Below, one piece after another: positions 7,285-16,524 of a DNA stretch of 36,515 nt (positions are counted from its first letter, which is position 1; every line of letters starts with the position of its first letter). This stretch comes from Candidatus Levyibacteriota bacterium. Its GTDB lineage: Bacteria > Patescibacteriota > Microgenomatia > Levybacterales > GWA1-39-11. The notes under the pieces are model-generated. The model was given only the letters and a program-made list of their open reading frames with translations. It had not been told where the DNA came from and searched no databases. The stretch covers positions 1 through 36,515 of the forward strand of contig JBCLLY010000007.1 in the NCBI GenBank assembly GCA_039738415.1. The letters are read 5' to 3'. The position numbers and the translations under genes were made by a program.

Positions 7285-9444
7285 AAAATAACTCGTCATG
7301 AATTGGTTACCGGAAGTTTCTATTTATTTTTTGGTGGGCTAGTAGGGAGCTTGCTCTCATTTATATTCAATCTTTTTCTTGCGCGAACCCTAAGCTACAG
7401 CAATTACGGAATATATACAAGCCTTTTATCTTTGCAAACCTTGCTTATTATCCCTTCCTCGATATTAACGACCATAATTGTGCGATTCGCAACAACTTAC
7501 TTTTCAAAAAAAGAAGAAGACAAAGCATCAATTTTTTATAAAAAAATGCTTTTAGTTGGGGGAATTGTTGCTTTTTTGATTTTTTTTGCTGTAGCCGCTT
7601 TAAGCAATCTAATACTTCTTTACCTGCATTTAAAGGATATAAGATTGGTATTAATAGTTGCCGTAACGATTGCTTTTTCTTATCTTGGAGCAGTCAACAG
7701 AGCATTCCTCAGATCTCTTATGAAGTTTTCCTACATTGCGTTTACAAATTTAGCGGGAAATCTTTCAAGAATCGTTTTAGGAGGAGTGCTTGTTTTGCTA
7801 GGATTTAGCGTAAGCGGAGCGCTTGTGGGAGTTATGGTTGTGCCATTAACGATTTTTTTGCTGGGGTTTTTGCCTCTTGTTTTTCTTTTAAAAAAGCATA
7901 CAAATAACAAGAAAATAAGAATGGATACAAGAGAAATATTAAGTTACGGTATACCCGCATCAATTGGACTTATATCGCTTTCATCATTTATCTCCTCTGA
8001 TGTAATTTTGGTAAAACATTTCTTTAGTCCTGTTTTGGCAGGATATTATGGAGGACTTTCAATTATTGGAAAAGCCATCTTTTACTTTACGGGGTCTATT
8101 TCCTTGGTTATGTTTCCGCTTATTGTTAAAAGGTATACTAAAGGAGAAAATTATAAAAACGTGTATTTTCTTTCCTTATTTTTAGTAGCGTTGCCGTCGA
8201 TTGCAGTTGCCGTTTTTTATTTTCTGTTCCCCAGGTTTAGCGTTAACTTTTTTTTGGGAGGAAAAGAGTTCTTAAATATAGTTCCATACCTTGGATTATA
8301 CGGACTTTTTATAACTGTATTTATTCTATTAAATATTACAATAAGCTTCCTTTTGTCACTTAAAAAAACCGTTATAGCATACCTTGTTGCATTTTTTGCA
8401 TTTTTTCAAATAGTTCTTATTTATATTTTTCATTCTAATTTCTATCAAATTATTTACGTTTCTTTATTCTGCGTATCATCCCTTTTAATCTTGCTTTGGA
8501 TATATTGGATAACCATTGAGATGGTGGAATCAAGAACACTTTTCAACAAAATAAGATTGTATTTAAACAAGAACTCCTTCTTGTACAGGAAGCTAAGGGA
8601 TTTTTATCTTGAATGGTGTTTTTCATTCCTTTATAAAATTGCATATTTTAAAAATTTTAAGAGAAAAGTTGCGCTTTTTTATCCTGAAAAACCACGTCCA
8701 TGGAGCACTTTATTTAAAAGTTTTCATCTTCTTGGTTATAAAATAACAAGTGACTTAACTCAAAAAGCTTCTGTTGTTATAAATTATGAAGATAAAACAT
8801 TCGGAACTACTGACGCAACATTAAAAAAGCTTACTAAGATAAGATATGTTATAAATGCTAATTGCAAAGATATAAGCAAGGAGAAGGTGGAAAAAGTATT
8901 TAAGGTAGTATTTGGTTATGGATTACTAATTAATCCCACTACATACAAAGATAGGTACCTTAAAAAATCAAACTTAAATACTATGCATGATGGCATTATT
9001 TTAAATAAGCCAGAAAAACCCACAAAGGGATATGTATATCAGAAATTAATTAATAACGAGACAGAGAAAAAAGGAATATTTCTTGATCTTCGCGTACCCT
9101 ACATTTTGGGTAAAATACCTTTAGTTTATTTAAAGTATCGTCCGTTCAAATCTCGTTTTTCAACTTACTTTGATGCCAGAGTTGATAGTCCTGAAATAAT
9201 TTTCTCCAAGAACGAAATAATACAAATCAAAAAATTCTGTAAGCTGATGGGTTTAGATTATGGGGAACTAGATATTCTACGGGATAACGACGATAAGAAA
9301 TTATATATAGTTGATGTAAATAATACTCCATCTGGTCCTCCCCATCATATGAGAAAGGAAGATTCTATGAAGGCGTTAACAATTACAAGCGAAACACTAT
9401 TTAAAGAAATTCAAAGTAAAAAATATGGTAACAAAATTGATTAA
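7270..9444 (+). CDS. Wzx-type oligosaccharide flippase fused to a C-terminal ATP-grasp-like domain
   Basis: The first ~415 aa are a multi-TM MOP flippase (LARTLSYSNYG, SDVILVKHFF, AGYYGGLS). The last ~300 aa are soluble, with YVYQKLI, DLRV and GLDYGELDILRD...LYIVDVNNTP, the pattern of ATP-grasp C-terminal motifs. Confidence 0.8.
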   Translation: MNFITKITRHELVTGSFYLFFGGLVGSLLSFIFNLFLARTLSYSNYGIYTSLLSLQTLLIIPSSILTTIIVRFATTYFSKKEEDKASIFYKKMLLVGGIVAFLIFFAVAALSNLILLYLHLKDIRLVLIVAVTIAFSYLGAVNRAFLRSLMKFSYIAFTNLAGNLSRIVLGGVLVLLGFSVSGALVGVMVVPLTIFLLGFLPLVFLLKKHTNNKKIRMDTREILSYGIPASIGLISLSSFISSDVILVKHFFSPVLAGYYGGLSIIGKAIFYFTGSISLVMFPLIVKRYTKGENYKNVYFLSLFLVALPSIAVAVFYFLFPRFSVNFFLGGKEFLNIVPYLGLYGLFITVFILLNITISFLLSLKKTVIAYLVAFFAFFQIVLIYIFHSNFYQIIYVSLFCVSSLLILLWIYWITIEMVESRTLFNKIRLYLNKNSFLYRKLRDFYLEWCFSFLYKIAYFKNFKRKVALFYPEKPRPWSTLFKSFHLLGYKITSDLTQKASVVINYEDKTFGTTDATLKKLTKIRYVINANCKDISKEKVEKVFKVVFGYGLLINPTTYKDRYLKKSNLNTMHDGIILNKPEKPTKGYVYQKLINNETEKKGIFLDLRVPYILGKIPLVYLKYRPFKSRFSTYFDARVDSPEIIFSKNEIIQIKKFCKLMGLDYGELDILRDNDDKKLYIVDVNNTPSGPPHHMRKEDSMKALTITSETLFKEIQSKKYGNKID

Positions 9445-9459
9445 ATATTCTTAATTTGT

Positions 9460-10440
9460 ATGAAAAACAAAAAACTAATGAACAATAATCCTTTAATATC
9501 AATTATAGTTCCGACTAGAAATTCACAATTATTTTTAGGTAATTGTTTAAGAAGTATTAAAAAACAGACTTATTCAAAAATAAAATATGAAGTTCTCATA
9601 TTGGATGGAGGATCCACGGATAAAACGCTTGAAATAGTTAGGATGTATAAGAAGATTATTCCCATAAGAATTGTTGGTAACGAAAAAGTCGATGCGGAAA
9701 GCGGTAAATATAAAGGAATTAAAGAAAGTAAAGGCGAATTCATCATTCTTCTTGATAGTGACAATGAGATAGTGGATAAAAAATGGTTAGCGACGGGAAT
9801 AAATATAATGGGTAAGCATAAAGAAGTATGGGGACTGGAATCGCCATGGTTAGTCAATGAAAAAGATCCATTGATTAATCAATATTTTACTTTACTAAGA
9901 ATAGCAGATCCTTTGGCAAGGTTATTAAATCCTTGGCGTAAACCCTTAAAAGATTATGGTGTATATGAAATGTATAGATTGAAAAAAAATGACGTTATCG
10001 TAACGGGCGCAAATGGTTTTTTTTGGCGTAAATCAGCTATTTTACCTTATTTAAATAAACTTGAAAAGTTCGAAGAGGTTAACTTTGTTTCAAAAATAAC
10101 AGAAGACGGGATTACCTATTTTGCAAAATTGAAAGAGTTAGGTATATATCATTATTACTGCAATTCATTTTACAAATATTTATCAAAAAGAATTAAGATT
10201 GCAAATAAATTTAATAAAAGAAGAGAACTTAAACAGAAAACGTGGGTGGATAATGTACCAAAAATGAGATTATATTTTTCAATTTTATATAATTTTTCGA
10301 TTATTGGTCCTTTGACTGAAGCTGTTATTTGTATAATAAGAAGTAGAAATATCGCTTGGATTTATCATCCTGCTATTTCATTTGTTACGGTAACGATTTA
10401 TACTTATACAATTATTAAAAGAGTAGTTTTTATCAGATGA
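9460..10440 (+). CDS. GT2 glycosyltransferase
   Basis: ISIIVPTRNS, DGGSTDKT and LDSD. The start could alternatively be 9478. Confidence 0.92.
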   Translation: MKNKKLMNNNPLISIIVPTRNSQLFLGNCLRSIKKQTYSKIKYEVLILDGGSTDKTLEIVRMYKKIIPIRIVGNEKVDAESGKYKGIKESKGEFIILLDSDNEIVDKKWLATGINIMGKHKEVWGLESPWLVNEKDPLINQYFTLLRIADPLARLLNPWRKPLKDYGVYEMYRLKKNDVIVTGANGFFWRKSAILPYLNKLEKFEEVNFVSKITEDGITYFAKLKELGIYHYYCNSFYKYLSKRIKIANKFNKRRELKQKTWVDNVPKMRLYFSILYNFSIIGPLTEAVICIIRSRNIAWIYHPAISFVTVTIYTYTIIKRVVFIR

Positions 10441-11129
10441 AAAATATTGCTAAAGAAAAACCCAGCGTTTTGACACCAAGATTATTGGGTACAATAAATT
10501 TTGTTGATTTGTCAGATGTTCAGGGGAAAAGGATATTGGATATAGGTTGTGGATATGGCTGGTTTGAAGATTTTGCATTAAAAAATAATGTTAAAAGTGT
10601 GATGGGTACGGAGATTACAGATGTTGATTTAAAGACAGCAAAAAAACATATAAGAGATGAAAGGGCTGGTTTTCGCGTTGCTAGCGCTATTAAGCTGCCA
10701 TTTAAAAATAGTAGCTTTGATACGGTTGTCGCATGGGAAGTTTTAGAACATATTCCAAAAGATACAGAAAACACAATGTTTAAAGAAATAAGTAGGGTTC
10801 TAAAAAAAGGTGGGAAATTATATCTATCTACGCCTTATGCTTCCTGGCAGTCTAGATTTTTTGATCCCGCATGGTGGTTAATCGGTCATAGACATTATAC
10901 AGAAAAACAGTTAAAAAGCTATGCTTTACGCAACTCTTTTAAAATTTCAAAGGTGAGCGTTAAGGGAAAATGGTGGAGTATCGTCGCCTCTCTTGATATG
11001 TACATATCAAAATGGATATTAAGACACAAACCAGTAATGGAAAACTTAACTTCAGATAGATCGAAAAAAGAATATTCAAGCGATAGTGGTTTTAAAAATA
11101 TTTACATAAAGATGATAAAAGCAAATTAA
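10437..11129 (+). CDS. Class I SAM-dependent methyltransferase (type 11)
   Basis: ILDIGCGYG, LPFKNSSFDTV, EVLEHI and RVLKKGG. Confidence 0.92.
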   Translation: MKNIAKEKPSVLTPRLLGTINFVDLSDVQGKRILDIGCGYGWFEDFALKNNVKSVMGTEITDVDLKTAKKHIRDERAGFRVASAIKLPFKNSSFDTVVAWEVLEHIPKDTENTMFKEISRVLKKGGKLYLSTPYASWQSRFFDPAWWLIGHRHYTEKQLKSYALRNSFKISKVSVKGKWWSIVASLDMYISKWILRHKPVMENLTSDRSKKEYSSDSGFKNIYIKMIKAN

Positions 11130-11137
11130 TTATAAAT

Positions 11138-11317
11138 ATGAAATATAAAAATGTGGTTTTTGTAACATCAGAAGCAATAAAAAACATGGGAAATGTTAAG
11201 GAGTATCTAATAGCTAATACAGAGGAATTTATTGCCTATCACTACTTTTTGGGATTTTCTGATAATCAAAGCTATATGGAAAAGTATGTAAATGGAAAAA
11301 AAATATGTATAAAATAA
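11138..11317 (+). pseudogene. 59-aa N-terminal gene fragment (possibly GT4) running into the next gene
   Basis: MKYKNVVFVTSEAIKNMGNVKEYLIANTEEFIAYHYFLGFSDNQSYMEKYVNGKKICIK* has a GT-B-like first strand and is not in the ORF track. Confidence 0.5.
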
Positions 11318-12198
11318 TTGTTCCAGATTTAATATCATTTGAAACAAATTTAAACCATTTAAATGGTTTTAATCTTTCAGATAATTTTAATTTTTACTCT
11401 GAGTCAGAGGAGAAAAACCAGTTTCATTACAAAATTATTATAAATAATAATATACAAATTCCTGGGAAATATGACTTCCGTAACAGATATTATTTAAAAC
11501 TAGAAAATAATTGGTTCTATGATAGAAAAATATTTTGGAGATTTCATCTTAAGTTTAAATATAACCAGGAGAATAAGGAGTTTTCCTGTAATAGATTATT
11601 TTCTATTGTCCCATTTGAATTAGGCGGTATTCTACCAGCGGGAAAACTTATAGCGGATATTATCAATTTAGATTTATTTTTAAAAGATAATCATATCTTT
11701 AGAGGATGTGCTGTAAATAATAAAAAGGAAAATATTTGTATTATTGCACCTAGTTATAATGGCAAAACAACATTTATAAAAAATATTTTGGAAAATGGAG
11801 GTAAATATATTTCGGAAGATATGCTCATTATGAACTTTGAGAAAAACAAGGTATTTCCAACAAGCCCACATAAAAATAATTATGGAAGAAAAATAAACCA
11901 ATATCTCATAAAAAAAATAAATAAGAGTAATTTAGTTATAGAAAGCTTTAACATTGATAAAATAGTTTTATTCCAAAATACAACCAACAATGGTATTTTA
12001 ACTAATGATAAAAAATTAATTGACTATTTGTTCATGAACTCTCTGTTGTTTTTAGATAATAATCTAATTAAATCAGTCATTTTTCAAAATAAAATGACTG
12101 ATTTAATTCTTTCGAAAATAAGTGACATATGTAGTAAAAAAATAAATTATAAATTTATTAATATTAGTAATTTTAATTACCATGACATACTTAAATAA
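11305..12198 (+). CDS. HPr-kinase-related P-loop protein
   Basis: Walker A-like IIAPSYNGKTT, preceded by HIFRGCAV (cf. LHASAV) and followed by YISED (cf. LSDD). The DNA is very AT-rich. Confidence 0.6.
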   Translation: MYKIIVPDLISFETNLNHLNGFNLSDNFNFYSESEEKNQFHYKIIINNNIQIPGKYDFRNRYYLKLENNWFYDRKIFWRFHLKFKYNQENKEFSCNRLFSIVPFELGGILPAGKLIADIINLDLFLKDNHIFRGCAVNNKKENICIIAPSYNGKTTFIKNILENGGKYISEDMLIMNFEKNKVFPTSPHKNNYGRKINQYLIKKINKSNLVIESFNIDKIVLFQNTTNNGILTNDKKLIDYLFMNSLLFLDNNLIKSVIFQNKMTDLILSKISDICSKKINYKFINISNFNYHDILK

Positions 12199-12910
12199 AG
12201 ATATAAATAAAAATCACTGGGATGATTTAAACATAAACTATTCAAATGTTTGGGTGAAGAGCGGAAAAAAAAGGATGTCAGAAAAGGAAATGGGATTTAT
12301 AAATTATTTTTTAAACAAAAAACAACCAATTAATTTGCTGGATATCGGCGTTGGCAATGGAAGAATTTTGCAAAACCACATTATAAACACCCGAAATGAT
12401 ACGGAAATATTTGGCATGGATATTTCTGATAAGATGGTAGATATATGTAAAGATAAATTTAAAAACGAGTCAAAGATTAAGGAAATTAAAGTGTGCGATG
12501 TTTCAAAGATAGCTGCATGTTTTTCTGAAAGGTTTGATTTTATTACCGCCATTAGAATTTTGAAATATAATGAAGACTGGGAAAATATATTAAAAGAGAT
12601 TTATCTAAAACTAAATAGCGGTGGCATTCTTATTTTTGATATGTTAAATAAAAACTCAATTAATAAGTTCTTCAATTATAAGATTCCAATGTACAGAGCG
12701 ACCAAAATAGAATTGGAAAATAAATTGGAAAAAGTGGGTTTTAAAGTTCTAGATATTAAAACTTTTTCCAGAATTCCAGATTTACTTTACGAATTGTCGG
12801 AAAATAAAGCCTACATATATCTATTATTTTTATTAGAAAAATTAATAAGCATAATTTTAGGTAAAACTTTTTTGGGAAGAATTCTATTTATTAGTGTCAG
12901 CAAAAAATAA
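12182..12910 (+). CDS. Class I SAM-dependent methyltransferase
   Basis: LLDIGVGNGR, GMDISDKMV, FDFI and LNSGGILIFD. Confidence 0.9.
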   Translation: MTYLNKDINKNHWDDLNINYSNVWVKSGKKRMSEKEMGFINYFLNKKQPINLLDIGVGNGRILQNHIINTRNDTEIFGMDISDKMVDICKDKFKNESKIKEIKVCDVSKIAACFSERFDFITAIRILKYNEDWENILKEIYLKLNSGGILIFDMLNKNSINKFFNYKIPMYRATKIELENKLEKVGFKVLDIKTFSRIPDLLYELSENKAYIYLLFLLEKLISIILGKTFLGRILFISVSKK

Positions 12911-12915
12911 AAAAT

Positions 12916-13221
12916 ATGATTGATGCTACAAAAGACAAAGTATTAGTAGATACGCCAAACGACGGAAATTTTTTTATACGATTTTTGAGATATCTTGTTT
13001 ATAGAAACGAATCTATGGAACACCAGGATGCGCATTTAACTCATCATCGATTAATAGGAAGAAAAGATTTAGAACGTTTAGGTTTTGAAACACATGGTTG
13101 TGTTGGATTTGTAACAAGGAAGAAATTTAAACTTCGATTATTTTGGGACTTTTATGATCTTATTGCATGGTTGGTTCCAGGGCTAGGAGGAAATCTAATA
13201 GGAATATATAAAAGTGCTTAA
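12916..13221 (+). pseudogene. C-terminal fragment of a probable methyltransferase
   Basis: KVLVDTPN...H...DLERLGF...LIGIYK resembles the C-half of class I methyltransferases. The SAM-binding motif I is absent. Confidence 0.5.
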
Positions 13222-13303
13222 AGAGTTGGCCCAGAAAAATACTGACCTTCTCATAAAACTTTTTAAAAACAAAGATAAGCTAGATTATCTTAACAATGAA
13301 TAA
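13214..13303 (+). pseudogene. 29-aa mini-ORF bridging two genes, possible internally deleted remnant
   Basis: The GTG overlaps the upstream stop region, it translates VLKELAQKNTDLLIKLFKNKDKLDYLNNE*, and its end overlaps ATG 13296. Confidence 0.4.
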
Positions 13304-14198
13304 TAAATCTTTCGTATCAATAATAATTCCCACAATAGACAGAAATAAAAAGTTGTCCAGACTCTTAAAATCTGTATACGATTCAACCTTTAAAGATTTT
13401 GAAGTTATTGTGGTTAACAATTCCGCTAAAAAAATAATACAAAATAAAAAATATAACAATTTTCAAGTTTTAGAAAATGGCTCAAATTTGGGTTCTGCCT
13501 ATGCACGAACAGTGGGGGCAAAACTTGCAAAAGGTCAATATGTGCTATTTATTGATGACGACAATGTGATAGAGAAGGCAATGATAGAAAAAATGTCTAG
13601 AACATTGGATGAAAATAACAATATTATTGCAGTTGGTCCTCTTACTTTCTATTTTTCTAATAAAAATAGATTTTGGTTTTTGGGTGGAAAAATTAATCTA
13701 CTAACATCAAAAGCTACATTTTATAAAAAAATAACCGAAAACAAACTTTTTAAAACAAACTTATTTGTAACTGAAGTTTTACATAACGCATTTATGGTTA
13801 GAAAAAAACTAGGTGATGAAGTTAGTTGGTTTGATGAAGAAATATTTATGACAGGAGCAGAGTATGATTTGTTTATGAAAATAAAAAAAAATTACCCGAA
13901 CAATTTTATGGTTACAAATCTTGAGGCAATAGATTATCATGACGTTCCAAATTCGAGTGCCTTAAAAAACTTAAAATTTAAAAGCGAACTTAGAATTTAT
14001 TATTTTGCCAGAAATCGTGGATTGTTGATTGGTAGATATGGTACTTTGATAGACAGGATATCTGTTTCTTTTGTTTTTTATCCTCTTCTTACCCTTTTTT
14101 ACTTGTCCGTTTTTATTATAGAAAAAAAATGGAGTTTTATAGTTCCGCATTTAAGAGGGACAATAATAGGTTATTTGTATATTCTTAAAGGACAATAG
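13296..14198 (+). CDS. GT2 glycosyltransferase (GT_2_like/WbbL-type)
   Basis: VSIIIPT, NLGSAYAR, FIDDD, FDE and YYFARNR. Confidence 0.9.
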   Translation: MNNKSFVSIIIPTIDRNKKLSRLLKSVYDSTFKDFEVIVVNNSAKKIIQNKKYNNFQVLENGSNLGSAYARTVGAKLAKGQYVLFIDDDNVIEKAMIEKMSRTLDENNNIIAVGPLTFYFSNKNRFWFLGGKINLLTSKATFYKKITENKLFKTNLFVTEVLHNAFMVRKKLGDEVSWFDEEIFMTGAEYDLFMKIKKNYPNNFMVTNLEAIDYHDVPNSSALKNLKFKSELRIYYFARNRGLLIGRYGTLIDRISVSFVFYPLLTLFYLSVFIIEKKWSFIVPHLRGTIIGYLYILKGQ

Positions 14199-14201
14199 AC
14201 A

Positions 14202-16289
14202 ATGAGAATTATAAAGAGAGATTATATTTTCCTTATTTTTTTAATAGCTTTAACATTAATAGTGTTTCATTCTTGGTTTACTTCTGGAACAATTGTTGGG
14301 GGAGACTTATCTTTTAGATACCATGAATCATTTGTGAGTTCTTATTTAATGCCTTATGTATGGAAATGGAGCAATAATTCTGGATTTGGGGGATTCAACG
14401 CCCCCTTTCTAGGAATTCACTACAATTCTATCTTAATCAATCTCTTAGGTCTAAGGCTAGGTTTAAGTTGGGAAATTTTAGTTCGAATAACCCAACTTTT
14501 TCCATTTTTATTTTTATCTTTCTTTTCTTCAATCTATATCTTTAGAAAAGTCTTTACCGACAATAAATTTTGGTTTTTGGCTCCTTTAATTTTTGTTTTT
14601 AACTCCTATATCCTTATGGTTGTAGGAGGCGGACAGATAATTCTGGCACTATCTTATACAATTAGCCCGCTAATTTTGTATTTCTATACTAAATTTTTAA
14701 ATAATTTAGAATTTAATCCCAAAAACATTATCTTAGGTGGACTGTTGCTTTCGGTTCAAGTAATGTTTGATTTGAGAATTACTTATATAACACTATTTGC
14801 TGTTGGAATTTATTGGATAATTTCTGTTTTTTTAAATAGAAATAAAAATTATATTTTTAAATCTCTATTTTTTGTTTCTTTAACTTTTTTTGTAGCGGGT
14901 TTAATACATGCATTTTGGCTTTTGCCTACTTTATTTTTTCATCAAAACCCACTCCAGCAATTAGGCAGTGCCTATACTACAGAAGGAGCGGTTCGCTTTT
15001 TTAGTTTTGCGAAATTTGAAGATGCAATTAGTCTCTTGCATCCTAATTGGCCGAAAAATATTTTCGGTAAAGTCGGCTTTATGAAGCCTGAGTTTTTACT
15101 TTTACCAATATTGGCGTTTTCTTCATTATTGTTTATCGGCAGAGGACAAAAAGTAGAAAACAAAAAACAGAGAGCCTATATATTTTTCTTTGCGTTGCTG
15201 GGTTTAATAGGAGCATTTTTGGCAAAAGGAGCCAACGATCCTTTCGGAGGGATATACCTTTGGATGTTTAATCATGTTCCGGGATTTATTATGTTCAGGG
15301 ATCCGACAAAATGGTACACACTCGTCGCTGTTAGTTATTCCATTCTTATCCCTTATTCAATATGGAATATCTACAGCTTCCTAAGTTCAAAGTTCAAAGT
15401 TCAAAGTTCAAAGTTAAGATTACAATTCAAAATTCAAAAATTTATTCCAAGTTTGTTTTTATTGTTTGTTGTTTTATATTTATTGTTTCTTATCAGTCCT
15501 GCTTTGATGGGGCAGTTAACAGGAACATTTAAATCAACAAAAATTCCTAATGAATATGTAGCTCTAGAAAAATATATATCTTCTCAAAATGGTTTTTTCA
15601 GAGTACTTTGGATACCGACCACACAAGCGTTCACTTTTAATTCAATTAATCATCCTGCTGTAAATTCGGAAAATTATTTTAAAACAACAGATTATTCTCA
15701 AATTCTTAAGAAAATGAGAACACCAGAAACAGAAAAACTGCTGCAGGAATCCGGAGTAAAGTATGTAATTGTTCCATATGACAGCTTGGGACAGATTTTT
15801 TTAAGTAATAGAAAGTATAACCAAAACCTATATTTTAAAACTGTATCAGATGTTAAGAAGACACCTTGGTTAAAAGAGATAAAAGGGTTTGGAAAAATTG
15901 CTGTTTTTGAAGTCCCCGAGTACAAGGATCATTTTTGGACAACCTCCAAAAGCTTATCCTTAAGTTATAAATACATAAGTCCTGTTCAGTATAGCGTTAA
16001 AGTAAAGAACGCAAAAAAGGGTGACCTAATAGTTTTTGCCGAAGATTATGATGCAAGATGGATGGCAACGGCGTTGCCGCCGTTAAACGTAAAACTTAAA
16101 ACTGAAAACGTAAAAATTGAGAGCACTAAGTTTGACAATAGGTTTAATAGCTTTGTTTTGCCAGGAGGAAATTATGAGCTTAATGTTTATTATTCACCCC
16201 AGAAGTGGGTTAATTTGGGTCTTATAATAAGCGGCACTACATTTATTTTCTTGATTGCACTTCTAGTTCGATTGAATATGAAAAAATGA
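14202..16289 (+). CDS. Large GT-C-like membrane protein (YfhO/AftD-like)
   Basis: GGD after TM1, many TM helices, an FRDPTKW motif, an extracellular C-domain with VKYVIV and FAEDYDARW, and a final TM helix. Confidence 0.7.
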   Translation: MRIIKRDYIFLIFLIALTLIVFHSWFTSGTIVGGDLSFRYHESFVSSYLMPYVWKWSNNSGFGGFNAPFLGIHYNSILINLLGLRLGLSWEILVRITQLFPFLFLSFFSSIYIFRKVFTDNKFWFLAPLIFVFNSYILMVVGGGQIILALSYTISPLILYFYTKFLNNLEFNPKNIILGGLLLSVQVMFDLRITYITLFAVGIYWIISVFLNRNKNYIFKSLFFVSLTFFVAGLIHAFWLLPTLFFHQNPLQQLGSAYTTEGAVRFFSFAKFEDAISLLHPNWPKNIFGKVGFMKPEFLLLPILAFSSLLFIGRGQKVENKKQRAYIFFFALLGLIGAFLAKGANDPFGGIYLWMFNHVPGFIMFRDPTKWYTLVAVSYSILIPYSIWNIYSFLSSKFKVQSSKLRLQFKIQKFIPSLFLLFVVLYLLFLISPALMGQLTGTFKSTKIPNEYVALEKYISSQNGFFRVLWIPTTQAFTFNSINHPAVNSENYFKTTDYSQILKKMRTPETEKLLQESGVKYVIVPYDSLGQIFLSNRKYNQNLYFKTVSDVKKTPWLKEIKGFGKIAVFEVPEYKDHFWTTSKSLSLSYKYISPVQYSVKVKNAKKGDLIVFAEDYDARWMATALPPLNVKLKTENVKIESTKFDNRFNSFVLPGGNYELNVYYSPQKWVNLGLIISGTTFIFLIALLVRLNMKK
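15383..15440 (+). repeat. In-frame heptamer array (AAGTTCA)4 plus degenerate units
   Basis: Encodes SKFKVQSSKLRLQFKIQK between two TM helices. Confidence 0.9.
16085..16119 (+). repeat. In-frame degenerate heptamer array
   Basis: aaacgta aaactta aaactga aaacgta aaaattg, encoding NVKLKTENVKI. Confidence 0.75.
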
Positions 16290-16501
16290 AACCGCAAGAT
16301 ATATTATTTATTATAGTGTTGGTTGGGCTTTTGTTTAAGCGGAACCCGAAATGGTTTGTTTGGGTAGGTCTTTCTTGTTTGATACTTTCGATTCCCCTCT
16401 TTTCCTTTTGGGTATTCTTTACTGCGCAAAGACTCACATATTACGCAGCGGGATTTTTGTCTATCGCGATAATGCTCATGCTATTCAAGAGGGAAAAGTA
16501 A
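16286..16501 (+). CDS. Small membrane protein of unknown function
   Basis: 71 aa, strongly hydrophobic, with an ATGA overlap with the upstream gene. Confidence 0.7.
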   Translation: MKPQDILFIIVLVGLLFKRNPKWFVWVGLSCLILSIPLFSFWVFFTAQRLTYYAAGFLSIAIMLMLFKREK

Positions 16502-16524
16502 GATTTGTGTGAGAATATCAATCC

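Noticed and set aside
15140-15175. Weak period-7 A-rich stretches (also ~19590-19617 and ~25964-25992)
   Set aside because: They are too degenerate to separate from Lys-rich loop coding by eye.
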